Shown in pieces: positions 36,354 through 45,822 of a stretch of 64,000 nt of DNA. This stretch comes from an uncultured Verrucomicrobiae bacterium (GTDB taxonomy: Bacteria; Verrucomicrobiota; Verrucomicrobiia; Limisphaerales; JAFGQR01): the NCBI GenBank assembly GCA_963788655.1, contig CAWBHS010000049.1, positions 1 to 64,000 of the forward strand. The letters are read 5' to 3'. Position 1 is the first letter of the stretch; each line of letters begins with the position of its first letter. The notes below the pieces were generated by a model. The model had not been told where the DNA came from. It made no database searches and saw nothing but the letters and a program-made list of their open reading frames with translations. The position numbers and the translations under genes are program-made.

Positions 36354-39300
36354 GTGAAACTTAGAGTTTTATTGCTGCTGTTGGCTGGTTTCCTGGCCAG
36401 CGAAACATCCGTCCGCGTCCGGGCGGAGGATTGGCCTTTATGGCGTCATGACGCCGGGCGCACCGCTTCGTCTTCCGAACCACTGCCGGCGTCCCTCCAT
36501 CTGCAATGGATTCGTCAGTATCCGAAACGGGTTCAGGTTTGGGACGATCCGTTGAATCACGATTTGATGCCCTACGACAAAATCCTGGAACCCGTGGTTC
36601 TGGGTACCCGCATGTTCATCGGATTCAATGACAGCGACAAAGTGGTCGCCCTCGACATCGAATCCGGCCGGGAACTGTGGCGATTTTACACCGATGGTCC
36701 CGTGCGGTTGCCGCCGGTCGCCTGGAAGGACAACGTTTATTTCACCAGCGACGATGGGTATCTGTATTGCGTCAACGCCACGGACGGTTCGTTGCAATGG
36801 AAATTCTTGGGTGGTCCTTCAACCCGCAAGGCGTTGGGCAATGGCCGGGTGATTTCCGCCTGGCCGGCCCGCGGAGGTCCGGTCGTTCGCGACGGGTTGA
36901 TTTATTTCGCCGCCAGTATTTGGCCGTTCATGGGCACGTTCGTTTATTCGCTGGATGCCGCCACCGGCAAGGTGGTGTGGGTGAATGATGGCACGGGCGC
37001 CCAATACCTGAAACAGCCACACGGCGCGCCGTCTTTTGCCGGTGTGGCGCCGCAGGGAGCGCTGGTGGCGACCAAAGATTTTCTGTTAGTTCCCGGTGGG
37101 CGCTCCGTGCCCGCAGCGTTCGACCGGCACACCGGGAAATTTCTTTACTTCCGCATCGACGAGGGCGGCAAAGGCAACGGCGGATCATTGGTGATGGCCG
37201 ATGACACCACGTCATTCGTCCACACCCGCCAACGTGGCGTGCGGGATTACGAGTTGAAGACCGGGAAGAAAGGCAAGCTGGCGATTAACGAACCGGTGCT
37301 TGGCCGACAGCATTACTACACCGCCCAGAACCATTCATCGTTCGAAGACGACAAAGTCGAGGCGGAGGCGAAAGTCGAAAGCGCCCGTTACTCTGAGTTG
37401 AAAGCGAAAAGCGAGTTGCGGGAAGCCACCGATCTGGCCGACCGGTCGGCTATCAAGAAGGCCAACGACGCTATCAAGTCGGCCCGCAAAAAGATGGCCG
37501 AAGCCGAACAAGCCATGACCAAAGCCAAACTGTCGCTGGCCACCAACTGGGCCGGCCGGTCCATTCAAGCGATTGGCCGCGACAAGAAAGTGCAGTGGGA
37601 AATAAAGGCCGACGGCACCCGCGACATCATTCGCGCCGGCAACCGCTTGTATGCCGCCGGCGCCAAGACCATCATCGCCGTGGCAATGCCGGCCCGCGGC
37701 CAACCGGCCAAGATCGTTTGGTCGCATCCGGTCGAAGGCCAGGTTGAGCGCTTGCTGGCTGCCAACGGTAAACTGTTCGCAGTTACGCTGGACGGTCGCA
37801 TCCTGGCGTACGGCGCCGAGAAACGAAAGGCGGTCACTATTCGCGAACAACCGCGTCAGTTGGAGCCCGATCCCCAATATGCCGCGCTGGCCAAGGGCCT
37901 CGTGGCCCAGGCGGGCGCGGACGATGGGTATGCCTTGTGTTTTGGCGTGGACGACGGGCGCTTGCTGGAAGCCTTGTTGGCGCATTCCAAACTCCACGTG
38001 GTGGCGGTGGATCCGGATGCCAAGCGAATTGCCGATCTGCGCCGCCGATTTGACGCGACCGGGAGATATGGCTCTCGCATTGCCTTTCATCAAGGCGAGC
38101 CAGCGACGTTCAAAGCGCCGCCCTACATCGCCAACCTCGTGTTGGTGGGTGATGATTTTGCTCCCAGTCTGGCGGATCGGCGGGTGCTCGAAACGATTTA
38201 TCAGTCCGTGCGGCCTTACGGGGGAACGCTTTGGATTTCCGCGGCCCGGATCGTGCCGTGGGAGATGCTGAAGCAACTGGGCCAGGCCGCGTTGCCCCAA
38301 GCACAATTTGCATTGGCCGAAGGCGGTTTGGCCGTAGTTCGTGAAGGACCGCTCCCCGGTGCGGCGGACTGGAACCATCAGTATGGCAACATCGCCAACA
38401 CGGTGAAGTCGGATGACGCGATTGTGAAACTGCCGTTGGGCGTATTGTGGTTTGGCGGCAATTCCAATCTGGATGTGCTGCCCCGGCACGGACATGGCCC
38501 CTCGCCTCAAGTCGTGGCCGGACGACTCTTTATTCAAGGCATGACCTGCCTGAGCGCGCGGGATGTTTACACCGGCCGCATCCTTTGGAAAGTGGGGCTG
38601 CCCGATCTCGATACGTTCGGCATCTATTACGACGACACTTACTCCAATTCACCGTTGAGCACGCAATATAACCAGCGGCACATCCCCGGCGCCAATGCCC
38701 GTGGCGCCAATTATGTGGCCACTTCGGATGCCGTGTATATCGCGATGGGAACGGCCTGCCGGGTGTTGTCGCCCATTACCGGGGAGACGCTCCGTGTCAT
38801 CGAGATGCCCAAGATTCCCGGTCAGACGGCCCGGCCGCAGTGGGGATACATCGGCGTGTACAACGACCTGTTGCTGGGCGGCGCCGGCTTTGCCCAATTC
38901 AGCCGGCGGTTCGGCGGCGCGGTCGGCAGTTCGCTGCCGAGTCTGTATGACTTGTCGGCCAGTGCCGGATTGGTGGCCTTTGATCGGCACACCGGCGAGG
39001 TTCGATGGTCGGTGAAGGCGCAGCATAGTTTTTTGCACAACGGTATTGTGGCCGGCAACCAACGGGTCTATTGCCTGGACCGCCTGCCGAAGAGCGCCGA
39101 GGACAAATTAAAACGGCGCGGAGGAACTCCGCCGACGACCTACCGGGTGGTGGCGTTTGATTGCCAAACCGGCCAACTGCTCTGGGAACAGCAACAAAAA
39201 GTCTTCGGGACTTGGCTGAGTTATTCGCAACCGCGCGACCTGCTGCTCCAGGCTGGCGCCCATGCCACGGACCGGCTCAAGGATGAAGTCGGCGAAGGCA

Positions 39301-40518
39301 TGGCCGCGTACCGTGGGGCGGACGGTTTGCTCGCCTGGACCAACGCAGTCAAATACACCGGACCGTGCATTCTGCATGACGACGTAATCATCACCACACC
39401 CAATTCTTACAAGACGTCCAGTGGCGCGTTTAACCTTGCGGATGGCAGCCCGCATTTGATTCCCAACCCGCTGACCGGCCAAAAGGAGCCGTGGCACATT
39501 TACCGCACTTACGGTTGCAACACGCCGGTTGCCAGCGAGCATCTGATGACTTTTCGCTCGGGCGCCGCCGGTTTCTACGACTTGGAATCCCAGTGCGGCA
39601 CCGGGAACTTTGGCGGATTCAAATCCGGTTGTTCGCCCAATCTGATTGCTGCCGACGGTGTCTTGAACGCTCCGGATTATACCCGCACCTGCACCTGTCC
39701 GTATCAAAACCAGAACGTCGCTGGCGTTCGTCCATACCCCGGAGGTGGAAATCTGGACTTACAATCTGTTCGGCACGGAAGTCAAAGACCACCAACGCAT
39801 CCGGCAAGTCGGAATCAACTTTGGCGCGCCCGGTGACCGGCGATCGGAAGCGGGGACCTTGTGGCTGGACTATCCGAGCGTCGGCGGCACTTCGGCGGAA
39901 GTTCCGGTTACCCTCTCCGGGAGCAAAATGAAATATTTCCGACGGCACTCGGCGCAAATCCATGGTGACGGCTTGTCCTGGGTGGCGGCATCCGGGGTGG
40001 AAGACCTGACGTCTGTGTGCATTACGCCGGATCTGGGCAAAGCCAAAACGCCACCGGCCCCGCCCAAAGGCAGCAAGGACGATGAGGATGACGACGAAGA
40101 AACCTACGGCCAAAACAGCAGCGCCAAGTCCGATGCGACCAATCATGTCAGCACGGCCAAGGCCGTCGAACCGAAGAGCAATGGTAAAACCGCCGCGAGC
40201 CAGCCGGTAATGGGATTGCCGCCCACTGTTTACACGGTGCGCTTGTATTTCAGTGAGCCGCAGGAGGTGCAACCTGGACAGCGTGTGTTTAGCGTCTCCC
40301 TGCAAGGGCAGGTGGTGCTGAACAATTTCGACATCGTGGCGGTTACCGGCAGCCAGAATCGTGGAGTGATGAAAGAGTTCAAAAAGGTGGCGGTGCCTGG
40401 GCCATTGACGGTGGCCTTTACTCGATCCCCGGCCAGCCAATTTGGACCGCTCATTTCCGGCGTCGAGCTGGTGGCGGAAGAGGACGGCTTGTCGGCCAAC
40501 GCAATCGGGGTTAAATAG
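36354..40518 (+). CDS. Large secreted PQQ/BamB-like beta-propeller protein with a methyltransferase-like insert and a C-terminal malectin-like domain (frameshift near 39715)
   Basis: Signal peptide then EDWPLWRHDAGRT; repeated ALD..TG...W blades; ALCFGVDDGRL..VVAVD; RTYGC...GC...CTC; YTVRLYFSEP...RVFSVSLQG...LISGVEL. Confidence 0.8.
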
Positions 40519-40623
40519 TAGGGCGACATGATCGGACTATTATTCAAACTGCAAGCCAGGCGCGCATTGTCCGGACGGGTACGACGGCAACCAAGTGGCG
40601 CAAGATCGGCGGCCGCGATTGAA

Positions 40624-40695
40624 CCGGAGCGCGGACATTCCTGTCCGCCCCGTCGGGCTGAGCACAGGAAGCGGACAGGAATGTCCGCGCTTCGG
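40624..40695. repeat. GGAG-type REP doublet
   Basis: ccggagcgcggacattcctgtccgc / gcggacaggaatgtccgcgcttcgg. Confidence 0.75.
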
Positions 40696-41940
40696 ACGAC
40701 TAGGTTTCGGAGTTTCTTATTGGCAGTGCTCGGGGGGTGTCTGGTGGGTGCCCCCGCGTGGGCGCCGGCTTGTTCGGTGCCGGTTTTCCGCTACGCCCTC
40801 GAACGATGGCACGCTGATGCCTATGAAGCCGTCGTGTTCCATCGCGGCGCATTGAAGCCGGCTCAAAAGGCGTTGGTCCATGATTTGGAGCAGAATGGCT
40901 TGGCCGGCGATCTTTACGCCAACCTCGAAGTGGAGGAGGTCGATTTGGCTGCGGACCCGGATGCGGCCCTGCTGAAACTGTGGCAGGAACATCCGGCCGC
41001 TGCTCTGCCCGCCGTGGTGTTGCGCTATCCGCGGATGTTCGACATTCCCATCAACGCCTGGTCGGGACCGCTGAACGAGACCACCATCAAACAATTGCTG
41101 GATTCACCTTTGCGCCGAAACATCGCCCGCCAGTTGGTCAAGGGAATGTCCGCGGTGTGGGTGCTGTTGGAGATTGGTGACCAAGCGCGCGACGATGCGG
41201 CGGCCAAGGTCCTGGAAACGCGATTGCAACAGCTCGGAAAAACGATGGAAGCGCCCAAACTCGATCCGGGCGATGTTGCCGGCGGGCTGGTGTCGGTGTC
41301 ACCGGAGGCCCTGAAGCCCAACTTTTCCATGGTGCGGCTCAAGCGAAATGATCCGGCGGAATCGGCCTTGGTCGAGATGCTGTTGGGCATCGAGGAGGAT
41401 TTGCACGAACTCAAGGAGCCGATTGCCTTTCCGGTGTTTGGTCGCGGACGAGCGTTGTTCGCGTTGGTGGGGAAGGGGATTGTGCCCGACAACATCGATG
41501 AGGCTTGTCAGTTCTTGTCGGGTCCCTGTTCGTGCCAGGTCAAAGAACTCAATCCGGGCGTCGATCTCCTGATGGCGGTGAACTGGGATGACGAAGTGTA
41601 CGGCAGCTTGGTCAGCACTGCGCCGGCACTGCCTGAGTTGACGGGAGTGGCGGGTTTTGCCGCCGAGACAAATCAGCTTGCTCCCCAAGCCACGGCTGAG
41701 CCGACGTTGCCGCCGGAGAATGCGGCGAAACCACCGGCGTTGGCTAACCGTACCAAGCGGGAGCCAACCGCGAAGACCAAGCCCTCCGGGGTGGTGGCCT
41801 TTCCGTTGAAGACGGCCGCCAAAAAGGAAGCCGAACCTCAAAGCGTCAACCGGGTGATGTTTAGTGTTGCCGTTGTGGGCGGAGTTGTCTTTGTGATGGC
41901 CTTGGGAGGAACCTTGTTGCTGCTGCGTCGGAAGCCGTGA
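40681..41940 (+). CDS. Exported protein with a C-terminal membrane anchor, unknown function
   Basis: Signal peptide then CSVPVFRYALERW; FPVFGRGR; GPCSCQVKELNPG; C-terminal TM followed by RRKP. Confidence 0.75.
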   Translation: MSALRTTRFRSFLLAVLGGCLVGAPAWAPACSVPVFRYALERWHADAYEAVVFHRGALKPAQKALVHDLEQNGLAGDLYANLEVEEVDLAADPDAALLKLWQEHPAAALPAVVLRYPRMFDIPINAWSGPLNETTIKQLLDSPLRRNIARQLVKGMSAVWVLLEIGDQARDDAAAKVLETRLQQLGKTMEAPKLDPGDVAGGLVSVSPEALKPNFSMVRLKRNDPAESALVEMLLGIEEDLHELKEPIAFPVFGRGRALFALVGKGIVPDNIDEACQFLSGPCSCQVKELNPGVDLLMAVNWDDEVYGSLVSTAPALPELTGVAGFAAETNQLAPQATAEPTLPPENAAKPPALANRTKREPTAKTKPSGVVAFPLKTAAKKEAEPQSVNRVMFSVAVVGGVVFVMALGGTLLLLRRKP

Positions 41941-42042
41941 AGCCGTGCAAGCACATGCGGCGTTCGTGGTGGAGTGATGCGATTAATCCAGCCGCGCCAA
42001 GGGTTGACAGCGCATCCGAGTTTATGTCGGTGTTCGCCGGCT

Positions 42043-42630
42043 GTTCCCTCTCCCCGAGGGAGAGGGTCAGGGTGAGGGGGAACAGTGGATTCGACCTGCG
42101 CAGCCGGTCCACATGGAATGGCGTTTGCCCTCCGCGATTTTCAAACGTTATGGATGGCCGGACGGTTCCTTCCCCCTCACCCCGGCCCTCTCCCCCGGGG
42201 AGAGGGAGAATCGCCCTCCGCTGGTTTGAAATACTGCAAGTGCTCGGTTATTCGTACGGCTTTACCACAACCAGAGAAGAGGCGGAGATTGGAATTGTCG
42301 CTTTCGAACGTCTCGCGGCCGACGACGATTGTTCCCTCTCCCTTAGGGTGAGGGGGAACAGAGCGGGCCTCCCGTGCAGCCGGTTCGAATGGGACAGCGA
42401 AGGCGCTCCACGAATTTCTAGCGGCGCGGGTGGCAGAACGGTTCCTTTCCCCTCACCCCAGCCCTCTCCCCGGGGGAGAGGCAGAACGTTCGACGCTGGC
42501 GGAGTGGGGCGAACGCTTGACGACTATTCGTCGCGGCATTCCAAGTGGCGCCAGGTGGGGCGCGTCACTCCGTGCGCGCTGGTGAATTCACAGCATGCCC
42601 TTTGCTTCGTTCGCGGCGCGCAAAGGACTT
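42043..42630. repeat. Cluster of four CCCTC-type REP units plus a degenerate GTAG-type doublet
   Basis: Units at ~42043-42082, 42170-42207, 42331-42359 and 42448-42481 in alternating orientation. Confidence 0.8.
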
Positions 42631-42778
42631 CACGCCCTAGCTTGGCAGTTCGTGGCGCGGGAGAACACTCGGCGCCTGCCGCGCGCGGCGGATGGTTTCC
42701 CACCGGAAATCCTGGTCACACCGCGCACTCTCTTCACTGGTTGAACAGTTTAACCCTCCAACCCTTTAACACTTCATC

Positions 42779-44056
42779 ATGACTCTCTGGCGTTTGGTTT
42801 GGCGTGAAATTGTGCATCGGAAGGTGAACTTCCTGTTGGGGTTGCTGTCCGTTTCGGTGGCCGTCGGTTGCCTGGTGGGAGCGGTTACGTTGCTAAAGAC
42901 CGACGAAATCCGTACGGGCCAAATTCTCGCTCAAAAGCAGAACGATGTGAAGAAAGCCGGCGCCGAATTGGAGGACTCCATGCGCAAAATCATGAAGGGT
43001 CTGGGCTTCAACATCCTCATTCTTCCGCAGGACCAGGACTTGAACGAGTTGCACCTGGAGGGCACGCTCTCCAAAACCATGCCGGAAGCGTACGTGGACC
43101 GTTTGGCCAAATCGACGATTGTCACGGTCAATCATCTGCTCCCTACGGTGGTCAAAAAACTAACGTGGCCTGAAAAGAACATCCCGATCATTCTCCAGGG
43201 TACGCGTGGTGAGGTGCCGCTGCTGCACGTGGACCCCAAGAAGCCGATTCTCGACGCGGTCCCGCCGGGCAAGATCATTTTGGGTTACCGGATTCAGCAA
43301 CAACTCAAATTGAAGCCCGGCGACAAGGTGACGTTGCTGGGCAAAGACTTTACCTATCTCAAAGCCTACGCGGAACGCGGGACGGCGGATGACAGCACGG
43401 TGTGGATTCATTTGAGCGAAGCGCAGCAACTGTTGGGCATGCAGAACCTCATCCATGCCATCCTGGCGTTGGAATGCCATTGTGCCGGCGATCGCGTGGC
43501 CGTCATTCGCGAAGATGTCACCAAGATTCTGCCCGGCACGCAAGTGATCGAACGCGGTCCGCCCGCGCTCGCCCGCGCCGAAGCCCGGAATCAAGCCAAG
43601 GTAACCGCCGAACAGTCTTTGGAACTGGAAACCGCCAACCGTGCGAAAATGCGCCAACAACATGAGAATCTCGCGGCCGTGCTGGTTCCCGTCGTGCTGA
43701 TTGGCTGCGCGATTTGGATCGGTTTTCTGGCCTTCGCCAACGTGCGCGAACGCCGCGCGGAAATTGGTATTCTGCGGGCGATTGGCTTCCGCTCGACCCA
43801 AATCCTGCGGGCCTTCCTGGGCAAAGCGCTGGTAATCGGCCTGGTGGGCGCGGTCGTGGGCATCGTCGGTGGATTGCTCGTCAGCGCCAATCTGGGTGAG
43901 GTGGCGGCGGGATCGGTCGGTTGGCGGCAATTAGTCGATGGCAACACCCTGCTTGTCGCCGCCGGTACGGCGATCTTATTGTCGGGCTTTGGCAGTTGGA
44001 TTCCAGCCGTCCTCGCGGCCCGCCAGGATCCGGCGGTGGTGCTGCAGACGGAATAA
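42779..44056 (+). CDS. FtsX/MacB-type ABC transporter permease
   Basis: N-terminal TM, periplasmic domain, NVRERRAEIGILRAIGF, WIPAVLAARQDPA. Confidence 0.9.
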   Translation: MTLWRLVWREIVHRKVNFLLGLLSVSVAVGCLVGAVTLLKTDEIRTGQILAQKQNDVKKAGAELEDSMRKIMKGLGFNILILPQDQDLNELHLEGTLSKTMPEAYVDRLAKSTIVTVNHLLPTVVKKLTWPEKNIPIILQGTRGEVPLLHVDPKKPILDAVPPGKIILGYRIQQQLKLKPGDKVTLLGKDFTYLKAYAERGTADDSTVWIHLSEAQQLLGMQNLIHAILALECHCAGDRVAVIREDVTKILPGTQVIERGPPALARAEARNQAKVTAEQSLELETANRAKMRQQHENLAAVLVPVVLIGCAIWIGFLAFANVRERRAEIGILRAIGFRSTQILRAFLGKALVIGLVGAVVGIVGGLLVSANLGEVAAGSVGWRQLVDGNTLLVAAGTAILLSGFGSWIPAVLAARQDPAVVLQTE

Positions 44057-44061
44057 GCACC

Positions 44062-44724
44062 ATGGCCCTGCTGCAACTCGAACAAGTCAGTAAAACCTAC
44101 CGCCGGCAAGGCGATGGCGAGGTACGCGCGCTCGAGGGTGTTTCGTTGTCGCTCAAGGCGGGGCAATTTATGGCGGTCAAAGGCCCGAGCGGTTGCGGCA
44201 AAACCACCTTGCTGCTTCTGGCCGGGGGGTTGCTCGAACCGACTTCCGGCCGCGTCGTCATCGATCAGCAGAATCCGTATGCCTTGCCGGCGGACCAACG
44301 CGCGCGGTATCGAGCTGCGGCCGTTGGTTTCGTGTTTCAACAATTTCATCTGGTGCCGTACCTCAGTGTGCTGGACAACGTGCTGACGCCGGCCATTGCC
44401 GCGGGCAACGCTGAGGCCCTGCCCCGGGCCAAAGAACTCATCGCGCATTTTGGTTTGGAGCCACGCCTGCATCACGTGCCAGGTGAACTGAGCACCGGTG
44501 AGCGGCAACGGACCGCCCTGGCGCGGGCATTGTTGAATCGACCCAAACTCCTCCTGGCCGACGAGCCCACCGGCAATCTCGACCGCGACAATGCGGATGC
44601 GGTCCTGCACTACCTCGCCGAGTTCGCCAAGAACGGCGGCGCCGTCTTGCTGGTTTCCCATGACGACCATGCCGTCCAACATGCGATGGACGTGATTCAA
44701 CTGCGCGCCGGTCGGCAGATTTGA
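44062..44724 (+). CDS. ABC transporter ATP-binding protein (LolD-like)
   Basis: GPSGCGKTT, GFVFQQFHL, LSTGERQR, LLADEPTGNLD. Confidence 0.92.
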   Translation: MALLQLEQVSKTYRRQGDGEVRALEGVSLSLKAGQFMAVKGPSGCGKTTLLLLAGGLLEPTSGRVVIDQQNPYALPADQRARYRAAAVGFVFQQFHLVPYLSVLDNVLTPAIAAGNAEALPRAKELIAHFGLEPRLHHVPGELSTGERQRTALARALLNRPKLLLADEPTGNLDRDNADAVLHYLAEFAKNGGAVLLVSHDDHAVQHAMDVIQLRAGRQI

Positions 44725-44800
44725 GTCAATGACCATAGCGCTTTTCGACCAGCTCACACCCAACGGACGACCTATGATCCGGCTCTCGCGCAATCAAGTT

Positions 44801-44911
44801 TCAACGGGGGCGAAAAACGGAAATCAATTTGAGTTCGGTTGCCTTGTTTCCTCTTGAACGAATGGCCGCGATGACTTGCGACCGCTTCTTTTTAGAAAGC
44901 ACGTCGGCCAT
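44801..44911 (-). pseudogene. vsr: 5' fragment of a very-short-patch repair endonuclease gene
   Basis: MADVLSKKKRSQVIAAIRSRGNKATELKLISVFRPR-stop matches the Vsr N-terminal pattern (D...RS..M..IR...TE). Confidence 0.7.
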
Positions 44912-44919
44912 GTTGCTGT

Positions 44920-45057
44920 TCACGCCTTCGCGCAAAGCTCGCTGTCCTTTTTGGTGAACTCGCGGGACTTTTCTTCCATCCCGCTCTTTTTTAAGGCTTC
45001 TTCTTCGGCGATGCCTTGGTCTGCCGCATATTTCCGCACGTCCTCCGTTATCTTCAT
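44920..45057 (-). repeat. thiC 3'-tail copy 1 (open 45-codon ORF)
   Basis: [45 protein letters not shown] resembles the ThiC C-terminus after the last Fe-S cysteine. Confidence 0.8.
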
Positions 45058-45063
45058 GGCAGG

Positions 45064-45324
45064 TCAGCGGTAAACTTCGCGGCGGTGGCGCACGCGGTTG
45101 ACGCGCACGACGCGAATCTCGTCGGCAATTTCGTAAACCACGCGGTAGTCGCCCACGCGGATGCGCCAGTCGTGCTTGCTGCCCGCCAGTTTACGGCAAC
45201 CGGGCGGGCGCGGATTCGTCGCGAGTGCTTGAATCGCCGCGATGACGCGGTCGTGAATCTCGGACGAGAGGCGGGCGAGGTCTTTCTCGGCGGCGCGTTC
45301 AAGCAGGACGCGATACATGGTCAC
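45064..45324 (-). CDS. RelE/ParE family toxin
   Basis: YRVLLERAAEKDL...NPRPPGCRKLAG...WRIRVGDYRVVYEI...VRHRREVYR. Confidence 0.93.
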   Translation of the reverse strand: MTMYRVLLERAAEKDLARLSSEIHDRVIAAIQALATNPRPPGCRKLAGSKHDWRIRVGDYRVVYEIADEIRVVRVNRVRHRREVYR

Positions 45325-45521
45325 TTGCGGTTGCGCTCGGCGAGGTAGTCCTCCAGCGGACGATAATGGAGCGGCTTGCGGCGGGCGCGCTTGAGCCAGG
45401 CCACATCGTCAGAATCCTCCACCCGCTCCAAAAGTTCCTCGTAGTCCTTGATGGGGATGATGACGGAGACGGGTTTGCCTTTGCGCGTCACGATTTCAGG
45501 TTCGGACAATGTTGCTTTCAT
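45321..45521 (-). CDS. Phd/YefM-like antitoxin
   Basis: PEIVTRKGKPVSVIIPIKDYEELLE; its stop overlaps the toxin GTG start. Confidence 0.88.
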   Translation of the reverse strand: MKATLSEPEIVTRKGKPVSVIIPIKDYEELLERVEDSDDVAWLKRARRKPLHYRPLEDYLAERNRK

Positions 45522-45541
45522 GGCCTGCAGGTTATCACCGT

Positions 45542-45676
45542 TCACGCCTTTGCGTAAAGCTCACTGCCCTTCTCGGTGAACTCGCGGGACTTTTCATCCA
45601 TCCCCTACTTCAACGCCATTTCCTCGCCGATGCTTTGTTCGGCGGCGTATTTCTGCACGTCTTCCGTGATGTTCAG
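45542..45676 (-). repeat. thiC 3'-tail copy 2 (degenerate, CTG start, internal stop)
   Basis: LNITEDVQKYAAEQSIGEEMALK*GMDEKSREFTEKGSELYAKA; 32 residues identical to copy 1. Confidence 0.8.
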
Positions 45677-45822
45677 GCGGCAAACGTAGTGGAATCAACG
45701 CCGACTGCAAAGGCGGGAATTACGCCCGGCGAGTCGCCGAACGCGGCAGGCAGGATGCGCTGCGCTATTTTCATTTTTCTGCTTGGCGGCATGTCCGCCA
45801 CGCCGGATCCCAGCACACAAGC

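Noticed and set aside
41937..42782. 281-aa ORF (also 7830-8240, 6182-6511, 9575-10108)
   Set aside because: These are translations of REP clusters (PSPRPSP, LTLTLS patterns) with no protein-family signal.
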